Source: Candidatus Undinarchaeota archaeon (lineage in GTDB: Archaea; Undinarchaeota; Undinarchaeia; Undinarchaeales; JALTGF01). Taken from it: a DNA stretch of 64,000 nucleotides. The translations under genes and the position numbers were made by a program. Below are positions 53,891 to 63,900 of the stretch, one piece after another. Where the stretch lies: assembly GCA_964574035.1 (NCBI GenBank), contig CAZNLD010000003.1, forward strand, positions 15,485-79,484. The letters run 5' to 3'. How positions within the stretch are numbered: the stretch's first letter is position 1; the number at the start of each line of letters is the position of its first letter. Under the pieces are notes generated by a model. The model searched no databases. It saw only the letters and a program-made list of their open reading frames with translations, and was not told the DNA's origin.

Positions 53891-54115
53891 ATGACTGAAA
53901 AAAAGAAAAAATTCACAAAAGATACAAAATTAGAAGAAGTTATGACTCAAAAATATGCGGATATTCTTGTAAAATACAAGATGCCCTGCATCGGCTGTCC
54001 AATGGCAAGAATGGAAGCAGGTCAATTGACTCTGGGACAGATTTCAAAAAATTATGGGCTTGACTTAGAAGGACTCTTAGAAGAACTAAATAAAAAAGCT
54101 AAAGAAAACAAATAA
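53891..54115 (+). CDS. DUF1858-type small redox/disulfide domain protein
   Basis: 74 aa. YKMPCIGCPMARMEAGQLTLGQISKNYGLDLEGLLEELN matches the CxGCPMA motif of hybrid-cluster-protein-associated domains. Confidence 0.7.
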   Translation: MTEKKKKFTKDTKLEEVMTQKYADILVKYKMPCIGCPMARMEAGQLTLGQISKNYGLDLEGLLEELNKKAKENK

Positions 54116-54281
54116 AAAAAGGATTAGAAAAAGCAGGCAAGGAGTTCCATAAAAAGAGAAATTTTGACATCTTTTTAATTTTACTTGTTATAGTAACTAC
54201 AATACTTTCAATTTATTTATTCGCTCTCTTAATGCATTATTTGCAAAACTCTCCTTGTGATACAGGAAGCTCCTGCACAAT

Positions 54282-54539
54282 TTAAAAATCTGGCATTTTT
54301 TCAAAAGCCGGACTATAATCTTTCCAGACTGTTCTTGAAAGCAATCCGTCCGTTCCATGCACTTCATGAATATACCCTTCTCTTTTCAATTCAGTTAAAA
54401 GAGTATGTGTTTCTTTTTCAGAAATTTCCTTTCTCTTTGCAGCCTTAACCACTTCATCCGGTCTGAACAACTGGCTGTCATGCTCTAATTCAAGTATGAT
54501 ATCTTTAACTTCCTTTTTAAGCTCTTCTGATATAACCAT
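54282..54539 (-). CDS. small hypothetical protein (possible winged helix)
   Basis: 85 aa ORF, ATG start. LLTELKREGYIHEVHG resembles a wHTH wing. Weak evidence. Confidence 0.45.
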   Translation of the reverse strand: MVISEELKKEVKDIILELEHDSQLFRPDEVVKAAKRKEISEKETHTLLTELKREGYIHEVHGTDGLLSRTVWKDYSPAFEKMPDF

Positions 54540-54573
54540 AATATTTAAATCAATTATAGAGAATTTATAGTTT

Positions 54574-55629
54574 ATGGAAGAAGTTCATATTGTAGGAGCT
54601 GGAAATGCAGGATGCTATTTAGCCCAGCAGTTAAAAAAGAAAGGAATTAATTTTCGGATTTTTGAAGAACACCCTGAAGTTGGAAGACCTCCACATTGTA
54701 CAGGGCTGGTCAGTAAAAACATAGATGAATTCTTAGATGTTTCAAAAGACGTAGTTTTGAATCAGATCAAGGGAGCCAAATTATTTTCTCCAGATGAAAC
54801 CTGTTTAGAACTGACAAGGGATGAAGACCAAGCATATGTTTTTGACAGAGTTGGATTTGATAAGAAGCTGGCTGAAGGACTTGAAATAACTACAGGAAAA
54901 AGAGTTGAAAAATTAAACCCGGAGGCAGAATTTATTGTCGGGGCTGACGGTCCGAATTCAACTGTTGCAGAACTTGGAAACTTCCCGAAGCTTGAAAAAA
55001 CAATTACCGGAATTCAAGTTGAAATTGAAAATGAAAGTATGAGCAAAGATTTTGTTGAAATGTATTTTGGAGAAGGTGTTGCCCCCGGTTTCTTTGCATG
55101 GATAGTTCCAATGAATAAAAGACTGAAGGTAGGGCTTGCTTCGAATGAAAGCCCAGGAAAATACCTTGGTAAATTTATTTCTGAAAAATTCGGAAATCCT
55201 GAAATACTAGAAAAATATGGAGGAGTAATTCCAATGAAATGGAGAAGGGAGATATGGAAAGACCATATTGCGCTGGTTGGAGACGCTGCCGGGCAGGTCA
55301 AGCCGACAAGCGGAGGTGGTATTTATATGGGCTTCAAATCTGCAAAAATATTGGCGGATGCTCTTGAAAGGAAAGATCTTGAAGCTTATGAAGAGCTGTG
55401 GAGCATGAAAGTTAAACCTGAATTAAATTATGCTTTAATGATTAGAAAATTCCTTAACAGATTGACTGATAAAAAAATGGATAAACTCTGGGAGCTTCTT
55501 AACAAACCAGAGATTAAGAAACTAATTGAAGAACACGGCGATATGGACAAACCCTCTAAACTAATAAAAGAAGCAGTTAAAAATCCAGTTTTATTGAGTT
55601 ATCTCCCTTATTTCAGATACTTATTCTAA
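54574..55629 (+). CDS. geranylgeranyl reductase-family FAD-dependent oxidoreductase
   Basis: 351 aa with the FAD motif HIVGAGNAGCYLA, GADGPNS and GDAAGQVKPTSGGGI. Confidence 0.85.
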   Translation: MEEVHIVGAGNAGCYLAQQLKKKGINFRIFEEHPEVGRPPHCTGLVSKNIDEFLDVSKDVVLNQIKGAKLFSPDETCLELTRDEDQAYVFDRVGFDKKLAEGLEITTGKRVEKLNPEAEFIVGADGPNSTVAELGNFPKLEKTITGIQVEIENESMSKDFVEMYFGEGVAPGFFAWIVPMNKRLKVGLASNESPGKYLGKFISEKFGNPEILEKYGGVIPMKWRREIWKDHIALVGDAAGQVKPTSGGGIYMGFKSAKILADALERKDLEAYEELWSMKVKPELNYALMIRKFLNRLTDKKMDKLWELLNKPEIKKLIEEHGDMDKPSKLIKEAVKNPVLLSYLPYFRYLF

Positions 55630-55672
55630 TCAATTACAAAAGAATTCACTATTTACCATTTACGATTATCTA

Positions 55673-56362
55673 TCATTTCCCATATCTTCTCTTCCTCCTG
55701 TCAAATTCTTTCAGAGCTTCAATATAATCTTCTTTTGTTAGGTCAGGCCAGTATTTGTCTATAAAATACAGCTCTGAATATGCCCCCTTCCATAAAAGAA
55801 AATTTGAAATTCTCTTCTCAGAAGTCCGTATAATTAAATCAGCATCCGGAAAATCTGAATACATGTTATTTGAAATTGTTTTTTCGGAAATTTCTCCAGA
55901 TCCAGAAGCTTTTTCTGCAGCATCTACAATTTCAAGCCTTCCTGAATAAGCTAGAGCGATCTGAAAATATTTTTTATCATAATCTTTTGTTTTTGCTTCT
56001 GCAGTCTTAATAGCATCCAGAAGTTTTTTTGGAAGCAAATCAAGCCTGCCGACTGCACTTACATTTACTTCTTCTTCATGAACAACCTCATCTTCAGCCA
56101 GTTTCAAAAAGTGTTCTGAATAAAGATTAAATAAAATTTTTAAAAGTGATTTAGACCGATTTAAATTTTCATATGAAAGACCATATACCGTATAGTATTT
56201 AATTGGTAAATTTTTGAAGGACCATTTGCCAATATTCTCCATGACCTCTATTCCCTTTTTGTGACCCTTCCAAGGTTTAAAACTCTGTTTGACTGCCCAT
56301 CTCCTGCAGCCGTCGGGGATTAATCCTAAATGTTCAGGATAGTTTTTGATTTTCAAGTCCAT
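55673..56362 (-). CDS. uppS: cis-prenyltransferase (undecaprenyl diphosphate synthase family)
   Basis: 229 aa with HLGLIPDGCRRWA and the C-terminal IRTSEKRISNFLLWKGAYSELYF motif. Confidence 0.9.
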   Translation of the reverse strand: MDLKIKNYPEHLGLIPDGCRRWAVKQSFKPWKGHKKGIEVMENIGKWSFKNLPIKYYTVYGLSYENLNRSKSLLKILFNLYSEHFLKLAEDEVVHEEEVNVSAVGRLDLLPKKLLDAIKTAEAKTKDYDKKYFQIALAYSGRLEIVDAAEKASGSGEISEKTISNNMYSDFPDADLIIRTSEKRISNFLLWKGAYSELYFIDKYWPDLTKEDYIEALKEFDRRKRRYGK

Positions 56363-56365
56363 TCT

Positions 56366-56394
56366 AATAAAAATGAAAGGGGCTTGGGTGCCCC
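56366..56394 (-). terminator. hairpin plus U-tract after the histone gene
   Basis: Reverse strand: GGGGC-ACCCAA-GCCCC followed by TTTCATTTTTATT, 8 nt after the histone stop. Confidence 0.4.
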
Positions 56395-56401
56395 CGTTTG
56401 T

Positions 56402-56602
56402 TTAAGAAAGCGCGAGTCTTATGTCCTCAGACCTAACGGTCTTTCTTCCTGCATGATTCGCTAGAACTACTGCTTTATTCGCTATCTCTTTTGCATAATT
56501 TTCCAGAACGGCCCGCATGCTTTCTTTTCCATCGTTTGATACCCTGTCTGCGCCCGCTTTTTTGATAACACGGCCTACACTGGACAGAGTTAATTCAGCC
56601 AT
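56402..56602 (-). CDS. archaeal histone (HMf family)
   Basis: [22 protein letters not shown]...[29 protein letters not shown] is a histone fold. The track start at 56611 is a GTG. The ATG at 56602 has an SD GAGGTG 6-7 nt upstream. Confidence 0.92.
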   Translation of the reverse strand: MAELTLSSVGRVIKKAGADRVSNDGKESMRAVLENYAKEIANKAVVLANHAGRKTVRSEDIRLALS

Positions 56603-56770
56603 TCTTTCCACCTCTTTGAGATCCAGGCAGTTCGAGCGGGACCCCCACAGCCCCTAATGCCTAGAATCTAATATTTAGTGCTGTCTCAATTTGAGGCAGC
56701 ATACTCAGAATTGGGAACGTCTTAAATGTTTAAATACTTTTTCCAAAAAAAAGAAGAAAACTTGCTGAAA

Positions 56771-58642
56771 TTACTGAACTTCTTTGATTTTTTTCTTCAA
56801 AATATTCATTATCATTTTTCCGTCTGCCTTTCCCCTGAGTTCTTTCATTGCAACTCCCATAAGTGGTTTTAAAGCTCTGCCGCCTTTTTTCTGAATGAAC
56901 TCTTCTTTCTCTTTTACAATTTTATCAATTGTTTTTTCAATTTCATCTCCTGACGCTCTGCTTAAATCAAGTTCTTTGACAATTTCTTTAAACTCTTTTT
57001 CAGGACTGGTGTGCCATTTTTCAAGAATTTCTGGAACTGCCTCCTTGCTGAACTCTTCATTGTCTAAAGCCTTGAATAAATCAAGATAATATCTCTCCTG
57101 CAAAACAATATCTTCCGGCATGCTCGGAACAATATTTGTAAAAGTTCCTGCAATAAGCTTTGGCTGGACCTCAGTTTCTTCTGCCAATTTCTTGAACAGT
57201 GAAAGATAATTTGAATCATAGAGTTTTTCAACCATTTCTTTAGGAAGATTAAATTCAGACCTTAAGTCTCCTTTCTCCTCCCACGGCATTTTTGGAAGGT
57301 TTTTCCCCAGCTCTTTCAGATATTTGTTCTCAAAACTTATCGGATTTAAATCAGTTTCAGGGTACATTCTAGCTCCGCCGGCAAGTGGCCTCATATAGCT
57401 TGAATTTCCTTCTTCCAACGCCTTCCTGGTTTCTTCAGGCACGGATTCAAAAGCAGTATCTATTCTTTCAGAAACTGCTTCAAAAGATTTTTCACAGATT
57501 TCCTTTTCATCTGCAATTAAAATGAAGGCATCATTTGAATTTACTTTGAGCTTCTTTTCCAGCTTTTCAAGTTCTTTTTCAGTTATTCCATATGCAGGAA
57601 GTTCATCTGAATGGAACAAACCACCGGCTCCGTATGCTCTGGCATAGTCTGCAAGCTCGCTTCCAAATCTTCTTCCCGGCTGAACTTCTTTTCCAAGAAG
57701 TCCTGAAAAATTTTTAAGTTTGACTGCTCCTACAATCCCGTTTTCTTTCTTTAAAGCCGATTTAATTACCTTTGATTTTGTATTTTTGAAAAGTTTTGAA
57801 ACGTCAATATAGCTGGATTTAACTTTTTCTGCGTTTTTAATATTTAGCAGTTCTTTAATTTTAATTAAAGTCTGCTGTCTTTCAATTTCATTATCAATAA
57901 CAAGAGGAATTGATTTTAAATCCTGAACTCCTTTTATTTCAACTCTCGCTCCGTCTTTAATTGAAATATTTAAATCCTGCCTGATTGTTCCAAGACCTCT
58001 TTTTGCTTTTCCAGTAGCCCTGATAATAGAGCCAATTGCTTTTGCCACTTCTTTTGCCTTTTCTGGTGTCTCTATATCCGGAGCTGTGGCCAACTCAATT
58101 AAAGGAATTCCCAGCCGGTCAAGGCTATAAACTGTTTCATCTCTCTTTCTTTCAATAATTCTGGAAGCATCTTCTTCGATGCAGATAGAAAGTATACCTA
58201 TTTGAGCGCCTTTAAAATTCAGAGAGCCGTCGACTGCTGCAAGAGCAGTCCTCTGAAAACCGGAAGTATTTGAACCGTCAACAACTGTTTTCCTCATAAC
58301 ATGCATTTCATCTACAATTTTCGATTTGAGCATAGATGCAACCGTAAGAACTGTTTCAAGGGCTTCTTCATCAATTTCTTGAGGCGGTTCTTCGTCAAGC
58401 TCCACCATGCAGCAGCTGTCGTTGTAAAAGTGATAAGTATAACTTGATCCTTTGGCCTGGGCCTGCATAGCTGCAACATCAATTTCTCCTGTCTCTCCCG
58501 CAACAGCTCTGAGGTTTCTCTTCACAACTAAATCAGGTTCGCCTTCAGACAATTTAGAAGAACAGCTGCAGAAAAGCTTTTTAGTGTTAAGCTGCTGGTG
58601 GATTTCTAAACCTATTTTAAGTCCTAACTCTGTGTAATCCAT
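56771..58642 (-). CDS. gatE: Glu-tRNA(Gln) amidotransferase subunit E
   Basis: 623 aa. N-terminal GLKIGLEIHQQL...KLFC and a GatB/E core, with a C-terminal YqeY-like tail. It sits directly after gatD. Confidence 0.95.
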   Translation of the reverse strand: MDYTELGLKIGLEIHQQLNTKKLFCSCSSKLSEGEPDLVVKRNLRAVAGETGEIDVAAMQAQAKGSSYTYHFYNDSCCMVELDEEPPQEIDEEALETVLTVASMLKSKIVDEMHVMRKTVVDGSNTSGFQRTALAAVDGSLNFKGAQIGILSICIEEDASRIIERKRDETVYSLDRLGIPLIELATAPDIETPEKAKEVAKAIGSIIRATGKAKRGLGTIRQDLNISIKDGARVEIKGVQDLKSIPLVIDNEIERQQTLIKIKELLNIKNAEKVKSSYIDVSKLFKNTKSKVIKSALKKENGIVGAVKLKNFSGLLGKEVQPGRRFGSELADYARAYGAGGLFHSDELPAYGITEKELEKLEKKLKVNSNDAFILIADEKEICEKSFEAVSERIDTAFESVPEETRKALEEGNSSYMRPLAGGARMYPETDLNPISFENKYLKELGKNLPKMPWEEKGDLRSEFNLPKEMVEKLYDSNYLSLFKKLAEETEVQPKLIAGTFTNIVPSMPEDIVLQERYYLDLFKALDNEEFSKEAVPEILEKWHTSPEKEFKEIVKELDLSRASGDEIEKTIDKIVKEKEEFIQKKGGRALKPLMGVAMKELRGKADGKMIMNILKKKIKEVQ

Positions 58643-58643
58643 A

Positions 58644-59948
58644 TTAATATAGAAAAGTTTCAGGTTCTATTTTATCATTAAATTCGTTAGCGTAGTTTTC
58701 AAGCATCATTTTTTCTGCCTTATCCAGTTTCTTCGTATGTCCCAGAACCCAGCCGAGTTTTACAAATGCTGTTTCAGGAAGCATGTCTTTCAGATAAACT
58801 GCCCCTGCATCCTTCAAAATCCTTCCGGCGCTGTAAACAAGAGGGTCTGCCTTTCCATATAAAGTCTGAGAAGTCATACCCACAAACATCCCTGAATCAA
58901 CTGCATCTTTTACATGTTTGGTCCAGCTGAATTTTTTCTTTTCAGGTTTTGTTGACATATGACCGAAGCCGGTTCCCGCCAGAACTACTCCCTTATACCC
59001 TTCATCTACGAAAAAGTCTAAAGCTTTCGGATCTGAACCCGGATAGTGATGAAGCAATCCGACCTTTTCTTCAAATTTAGTATCAAGTTTTGGCTTTGAA
59101 TTCGACCTCTTAGTATGATCTGAATTTTCAATAATTATGTTCCCGTCAGACCAAACTTTTGCCAAAGGAGAGTCATTAATTGGTCTGAATGCATCTCTCC
59201 TTGAAGTATGCATCTTCCTTACTTTTGTTCCCCTATTTGCAAGACAATATTCATCCTCTGTACTTCCGTGCATGACTATTGATACTTCTGCAATGTCGCT
59301 CAAACAGTACTGAGCGGAGCAGATTAAATTCATTGCTCCGTCAAAAGAGCCCCTGTCAATTGATCTCTGAGCTCCGACAACTGCAACCGGTTTATTTAGA
59401 TTTTGTATCATGAATGAAAGGGCTGCAGAAGTGAAATGCAGAGTATCTGTTCCATGAGTAACAATAACCCCTTTCAATCCGCTTTCTTTCAGATCTTTGT
59501 AAACCATTTTTGCTATTTTTGCCCATTCATTTCCAGTCATATCTTCGCTTAAAAGCCTGAAAGGCGTATGAATATGTTCTATATTTACAAAATCAGCAAG
59601 TTCCGGGACAGTAGCAAGCAGTTCTTTTGGAGATTTAAAAGGAGAAACGCCTCCTGTTTCATAATCAACCTCAGAAGTTATCGTTCCGCCTGTTGAAACT
59701 ATAGAAATATTCGGATTGGATTTCTTGAAATCTTTCTTTGATTTTTTCTTTTTTTCTTTCTTTTCTATTTTTCCTAGTTTTTCAACATCAAGAATTTCAC
59801 TTTTTAAGATACCGACATTGTATCCGCTTTTTAATTTTAGAACAATATGTTTTTCATCTGAAAGTTCAGTCCTCGGCATTATTGTTCCTTCGTATTCTTT
59901 TCTTGAAGTTTTAATTTTAACTTTTGAATTTGGCTTTAAATCTTTCAT
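58644..59948 (-). CDS. gatD: Glu-tRNA(Gln) amidotransferase subunit D (asparaginase-like)
   Basis: Asparaginase motifs STGGTI and VVTHGTDT. The track start at 59987 is a GTG. The ATG at 59948 (MKDLKPNSKVKIK...YEGTIMP) is the typical GatD N-terminus. Confidence 0.93.
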   Translation of the reverse strand: MKDLKPNSKVKIKTSRKEYEGTIMPRTELSDEKHIVLKLKSGYNVGILKSEILDVEKLGKIEKKEKKKKSKKDFKKSNPNISIVSTGGTITSEVDYETGGVSPFKSPKELLATVPELADFVNIEHIHTPFRLLSEDMTGNEWAKIAKMVYKDLKESGLKGVIVTHGTDTLHFTSAALSFMIQNLNKPVAVVGAQRSIDRGSFDGAMNLICSAQYCLSDIAEVSIVMHGSTEDEYCLANRGTKVRKMHTSRRDAFRPINDSPLAKVWSDGNIIIENSDHTKRSNSKPKLDTKFEEKVGLLHHYPGSDPKALDFFVDEGYKGVVLAGTGFGHMSTKPEKKKFSWTKHVKDAVDSGMFVGMTSQTLYGKADPLVYSAGRILKDAGAVYLKDMLPETAFVKLGWVLGHTKKLDKAEKMMLENYANEFNDKIEPETFLY

Positions 59949-60002
59949 AGGTAAAGTATAATTTAAGAAGATATTTATAATTAACACATCAATATCTGGG
60001 AT

Positions 60003-60983
60003 ATGAATGCGCTTGAAAAACTTGAGAAGTATAAGAAAGTAGTCAATTTGGAGTTAGAGAAATTAATGCCTGAGAAGGAGCCGAAGGAATTGTATGAATT
60101 GATGAAATATCATATTTTTGCAGGCGGTAAAAGAGTAAGGCCGGCATTATGTCTGCTTGCCTGCGAAGCGGTATCCGGTTCATATGAAAAGGCTCTGCCG
60201 GCAGCTGCATCTCTTGAAATGGTACATGCATTTACTTTGGTTCATGATGATGTAATGGACAGAGATGAATTGCGAAGGGGCAAACCAACTCTTTGGAAAA
60301 AATACGGTGAAGGGCTTGCAATAAATGCAGGGGACGGCATATTTACAAAAACATATGAAAGTGCCTTAAATCTGGAAGATACTGAAAATAAGAAAGAAAT
60401 TCTCAAGATTTTGACTAAAACAATTATGGAGGTCTGTGAAGGGCAGGCTTTTGATGTAAGTTTTGAAAAAAAAGGAAAAGTTTCTCTGGAAGAATACATA
60501 AAAATGGCAACTCTTAAAACCGCTTCTCTGATCAAAGCTTCAGCTAAAATCGGGGCAATGTGCGGCTCCGGGAGTCAGGAAGAGCTTGATGCTCTCGCAA
60601 ACTACGGTGAAAAGGTTGGACTTTCATTCCAAATTTGGGATGACTATATTGATTTTGCATCTGAAAAAACTGGAAAAACTTTTGGTTCTGACATTAAAAA
60701 AGGGAAGAAAACGAGTATCGTATGCCATGCTTTAGAAAATGCAGATGAAAAAGATAAGGAAAGGTTGAACGAAATACTTGACAAGCCAATTGAAAAAACA
60801 GATAAAAAATTAATAAATGAAACGGTAGAGATTCTGGAAAAAACCGGCTCAATTGATTATGCTAAAAATTATGCATTTGAACTTGTTAAAGATGCAAAAG
60901 AAGGACTTGATATTTTAGAAGATTCGGAGGCAAAAGAAATTCTTCTTGAATTTGCCGATTTTTTAGTTTCAAGAAAAGATTAG
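60003..60983 (+). CDS. idsA: geranylgeranyl diphosphate synthase (trans-polyprenyl synthetase)
   Basis: 326 aa with the FARM LVHDDVMDRD and the SARM IWDDYIDF. Confidence 0.9.
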   Translation: MNALEKLEKYKKVVNLELEKLMPEKEPKELYELMKYHIFAGGKRVRPALCLLACEAVSGSYEKALPAAASLEMVHAFTLVHDDVMDRDELRRGKPTLWKKYGEGLAINAGDGIFTKTYESALNLEDTENKKEILKILTKTIMEVCEGQAFDVSFEKKGKVSLEEYIKMATLKTASLIKASAKIGAMCGSGSQEELDALANYGEKVGLSFQIWDDYIDFASEKTGKTFGSDIKKGKKTSIVCHALENADEKDKERLNEILDKPIEKTDKKLINETVEILEKTGSIDYAKNYAFELVKDAKEGLDILEDSEAKEILLEFADFLVSRKD

Positions 60984-63900
60984 CTTATTGATTTGAAAGG
61001 ACCGGATGATTTTGATTTTTTTGAATTATTGAAAAGAGTGTAAATAAAGACTCCGACTAAACAGGCGATAATTACACCAGTTGCCTTCAATCTATTGTTT
61101 ATTCCAACTGAAAGTCCGGTTGGAGCTGAATTAGCTTCTGTTATAATCTGCTCGGGCGGCTGTTCAAATTCAATTTCTTCAGATTCTGACGAGCCTTCTG
61201 GTTTCTGCTCATTAGTATTTTCTGTTTCTTCACTTTCATCTGCAGGCGGATTATAAGCCGATCCTCCGCCGCCGGAGCTGCCTTCTATATTATTTGAATC
61301 TCCGTTTTGATTATTTTCATCGGAGTCATCATTTCCTGCACTGTCGGGCACTAAAACAAACAGCATGAACGTTTCAGAAGAATTCTTCTTTCCGTCAGAA
61401 GCTGAAATGGTAACCGTATAATTTCCGGCGTCGCTTTCAACTGTCTGCCAAAAACCATCTGAACCTAATGGTTCGGATATATTTACTGTTAAATTATCCC
61501 CGTCCGGATCTGAAACTGCCGGACTTATCGTAACATTTTCAGTTGCATTTATTGAAATATCTGGAAATTCCGGTATCAAAGGAGGACGGTTTACATTTAC
61601 AACAGTTACATACCAACTTCTTTCTTCAATATAAGTTCCGTCAGAAACTTCAACTGAAACATTATGAAGTCCAGCTGAGTTGAAATCCGGACTGTAAACA
61701 TAAGTTGAACTAATTTCTCCCGGAAGCTCCGTTCCGTCTAAACTCCATTGATAAGATACAGTTCCCTCTTCAGAAACTGCATTTATAAAAAATTCAATTG
61801 AGTCATTTTCATATATTTCTTTTTCTTCTGTAGAACTGGAATCTAAAATCTGAAGAGGGCTGCTAACTTCAATAACAGCAGTATCTTCTGCAAGCATAAC
61901 TCCCTGATAATCTGTTGCAACTGCAACCGCAGTTATTTTATTTCCTGCAGTTGATGCTCCGAAATCAGACGGTTTGAATGAATCATGAAAAGAAGTGGAG
62001 CCTGTTGAGTAATTTAGTTCTACTTCCTTTGAATTTAATTTATCATCATTCAAAAAATAATTTAAATGCAGTTTCCCGTCCTCTATTAAAATATCCGGAT
62101 TTGAATATACAAAATTTAAATCTACTGTTCCCTGATAATTTATCTTCCCGGGTGCGCTGCTTATTAAGTCAATATTTTGAACCATGTCCTCCGGTTTTAA
62201 TTCATAAGATTCATAATAATCGCCTGCTGAGAATTCAAAATTAATATATTTCCATCTGCTTCTTGTTATAGAACTCCATATAAGACTTCCAAATGTAATT
62301 CCAGATATATTTTGAAATTCTGCCCCTCCAGATAATATTTTAGTCTGATCTGCAAAGACCTCATAAGTTTTGTTCTGAGCATCATACTTTAAAGAATATT
62401 CATGAAAGTCATCTGAGTTAGGAACAACAACTTCTTCAGATGAGTCTTTCATCCTTGCAATTAACTTGTTGTCTTTATTAGTAAGACTTAATCTAAATTC
62501 CAGTTCTTCATTTCCTTTTCCATAAACAGTAAAACCAATAGGGTGTTCTGTAAATTCAGGCATAAAACTGGAAGTTAAGGTAAAATCAGTCGGCACCTTT
62601 TCCGTATCTACCGGCAGAAAATATCCGTTATCCGCACTTGAAGGATCGTCAATTAAAAGATAATTATCAGTCATGTAGTTTGAGCTTGTATCTCCTATCG
62701 GAGTCCAGTTAAATTCAGAATTTTCAGGAAGATAATCTCCGAAATAAGAATAACTAAGGGACCTGTTTACCGGTTCAACTAAACTCGTGAATTTTTCCAT
62801 TTTATTTTCAAGAGGCACCAATAGTCTGTGAGAACCTTGAGGATCGTTGTAAAGGAGTTCAAGCTTGGGCGCAGTTCCAACATACGAAAGGAGGTCATTT
62901 AGAACAAATTCCTCTCCTTCTTCTACTCTTATTGCACCTCCGGCAAATTCGTCAACTACATCTATGTTTTTATTTGGAGAATATAATCTGGCTTCAATTC
63001 CATATGCATCGTAATCTCCTGAATTTTCAAATTTCAGTATGAAGGAAACCTCTCCAGAGTCATTTTCCAAAAGATAGGGGGTTGCTGCAAGTTTTGGACC
63101 TGGATGATCGTTTTTATCATTCGGATCTCTGTTTCTGTTTATTTCCTCTCTGTCTGTGTAACTGTCTGCATCCGAATCCTGATAAAAAGTTAAGATTGCT
63201 TTTCCGCCCTTCTTTGCTTTCTTTTTAAGGAAGGTTTTATTTTGAATTCCCTCTGTTTTAGTAGTCCACCAGCTTAAATTTGATACGGAGAAATTATTGA
63301 CTGAATATAACACAGAATTATTTACTTTTAAACTGATTTCTCTGACAGGCTCATTCTTAACAACAACAGACCGATTGAGCTTTTTTAAGATGTCCAGATA
63401 GGTTGAATTAGTATCCACTGGAATTAGATAAGAAACTAACTCTTCTTTTCCATCTGACACTCCGTCGTCTATTTGAATTAAAACTCCTGAGTTATAGGCG
63501 GAAACGGCCTGTATCTGCTCATTGAAATCATATGCAATTGCACTTATTTCTATATCTGCCCCGGTGTCAATTGCCTTAATTTCTTCCAATCTTAGAGGAA
63601 CTTCTACTGCACCGGAATAAACGATTGACTCGCCCGGCGGGAGATTATTAATAACTGCCCCCGGTTCATCTAAAAACGGAAATGTCTTCTTATATTTTCC
63701 AATTTTAACAAGGAACCTTAGATTTTTAATGTCAGTTGCTTTGTCCGTTCCCGTATTTGAAACCTTTAAATTAAATCTTAGAACTCCCCATTCAGAAGTA
63801 TCCTGCGTTTCAATTCTGGCCCATTCTTTTGCAGTTCCAATTGTATGCAGATCGTAAGTTGAAACTGAAGTGGAACGAGTTACTTGATTTGTAGTTGAAA

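Noticed and set aside
54103-54282. An open frame encoding a convincing TM helix (…FDIFLILLVIVTTILSIYLFALLMHYLQNSPCDTGSSCTI*) right after the DUF1858 gene, possibly reached by a -1 frameshift.
   Set aside because: There is no ATG, GTG or TTG start upstream of the hydrophobic segment in that frame. The DUF1858 stop region (AACAAATAAAAAAA) is not a classical X XXY YYZ slippery site. From sequence alone this is not supportable as a gene.
63587-63589. The TTG start codon assigned by the ORF track to the 869-aa surface protein.
   Set aside because: The same reading frame has no stop codon between 63590 and 64000 (checked triplet by triplet). The TTG is therefore just the first start-like codon inside a gene that begins outside the window.
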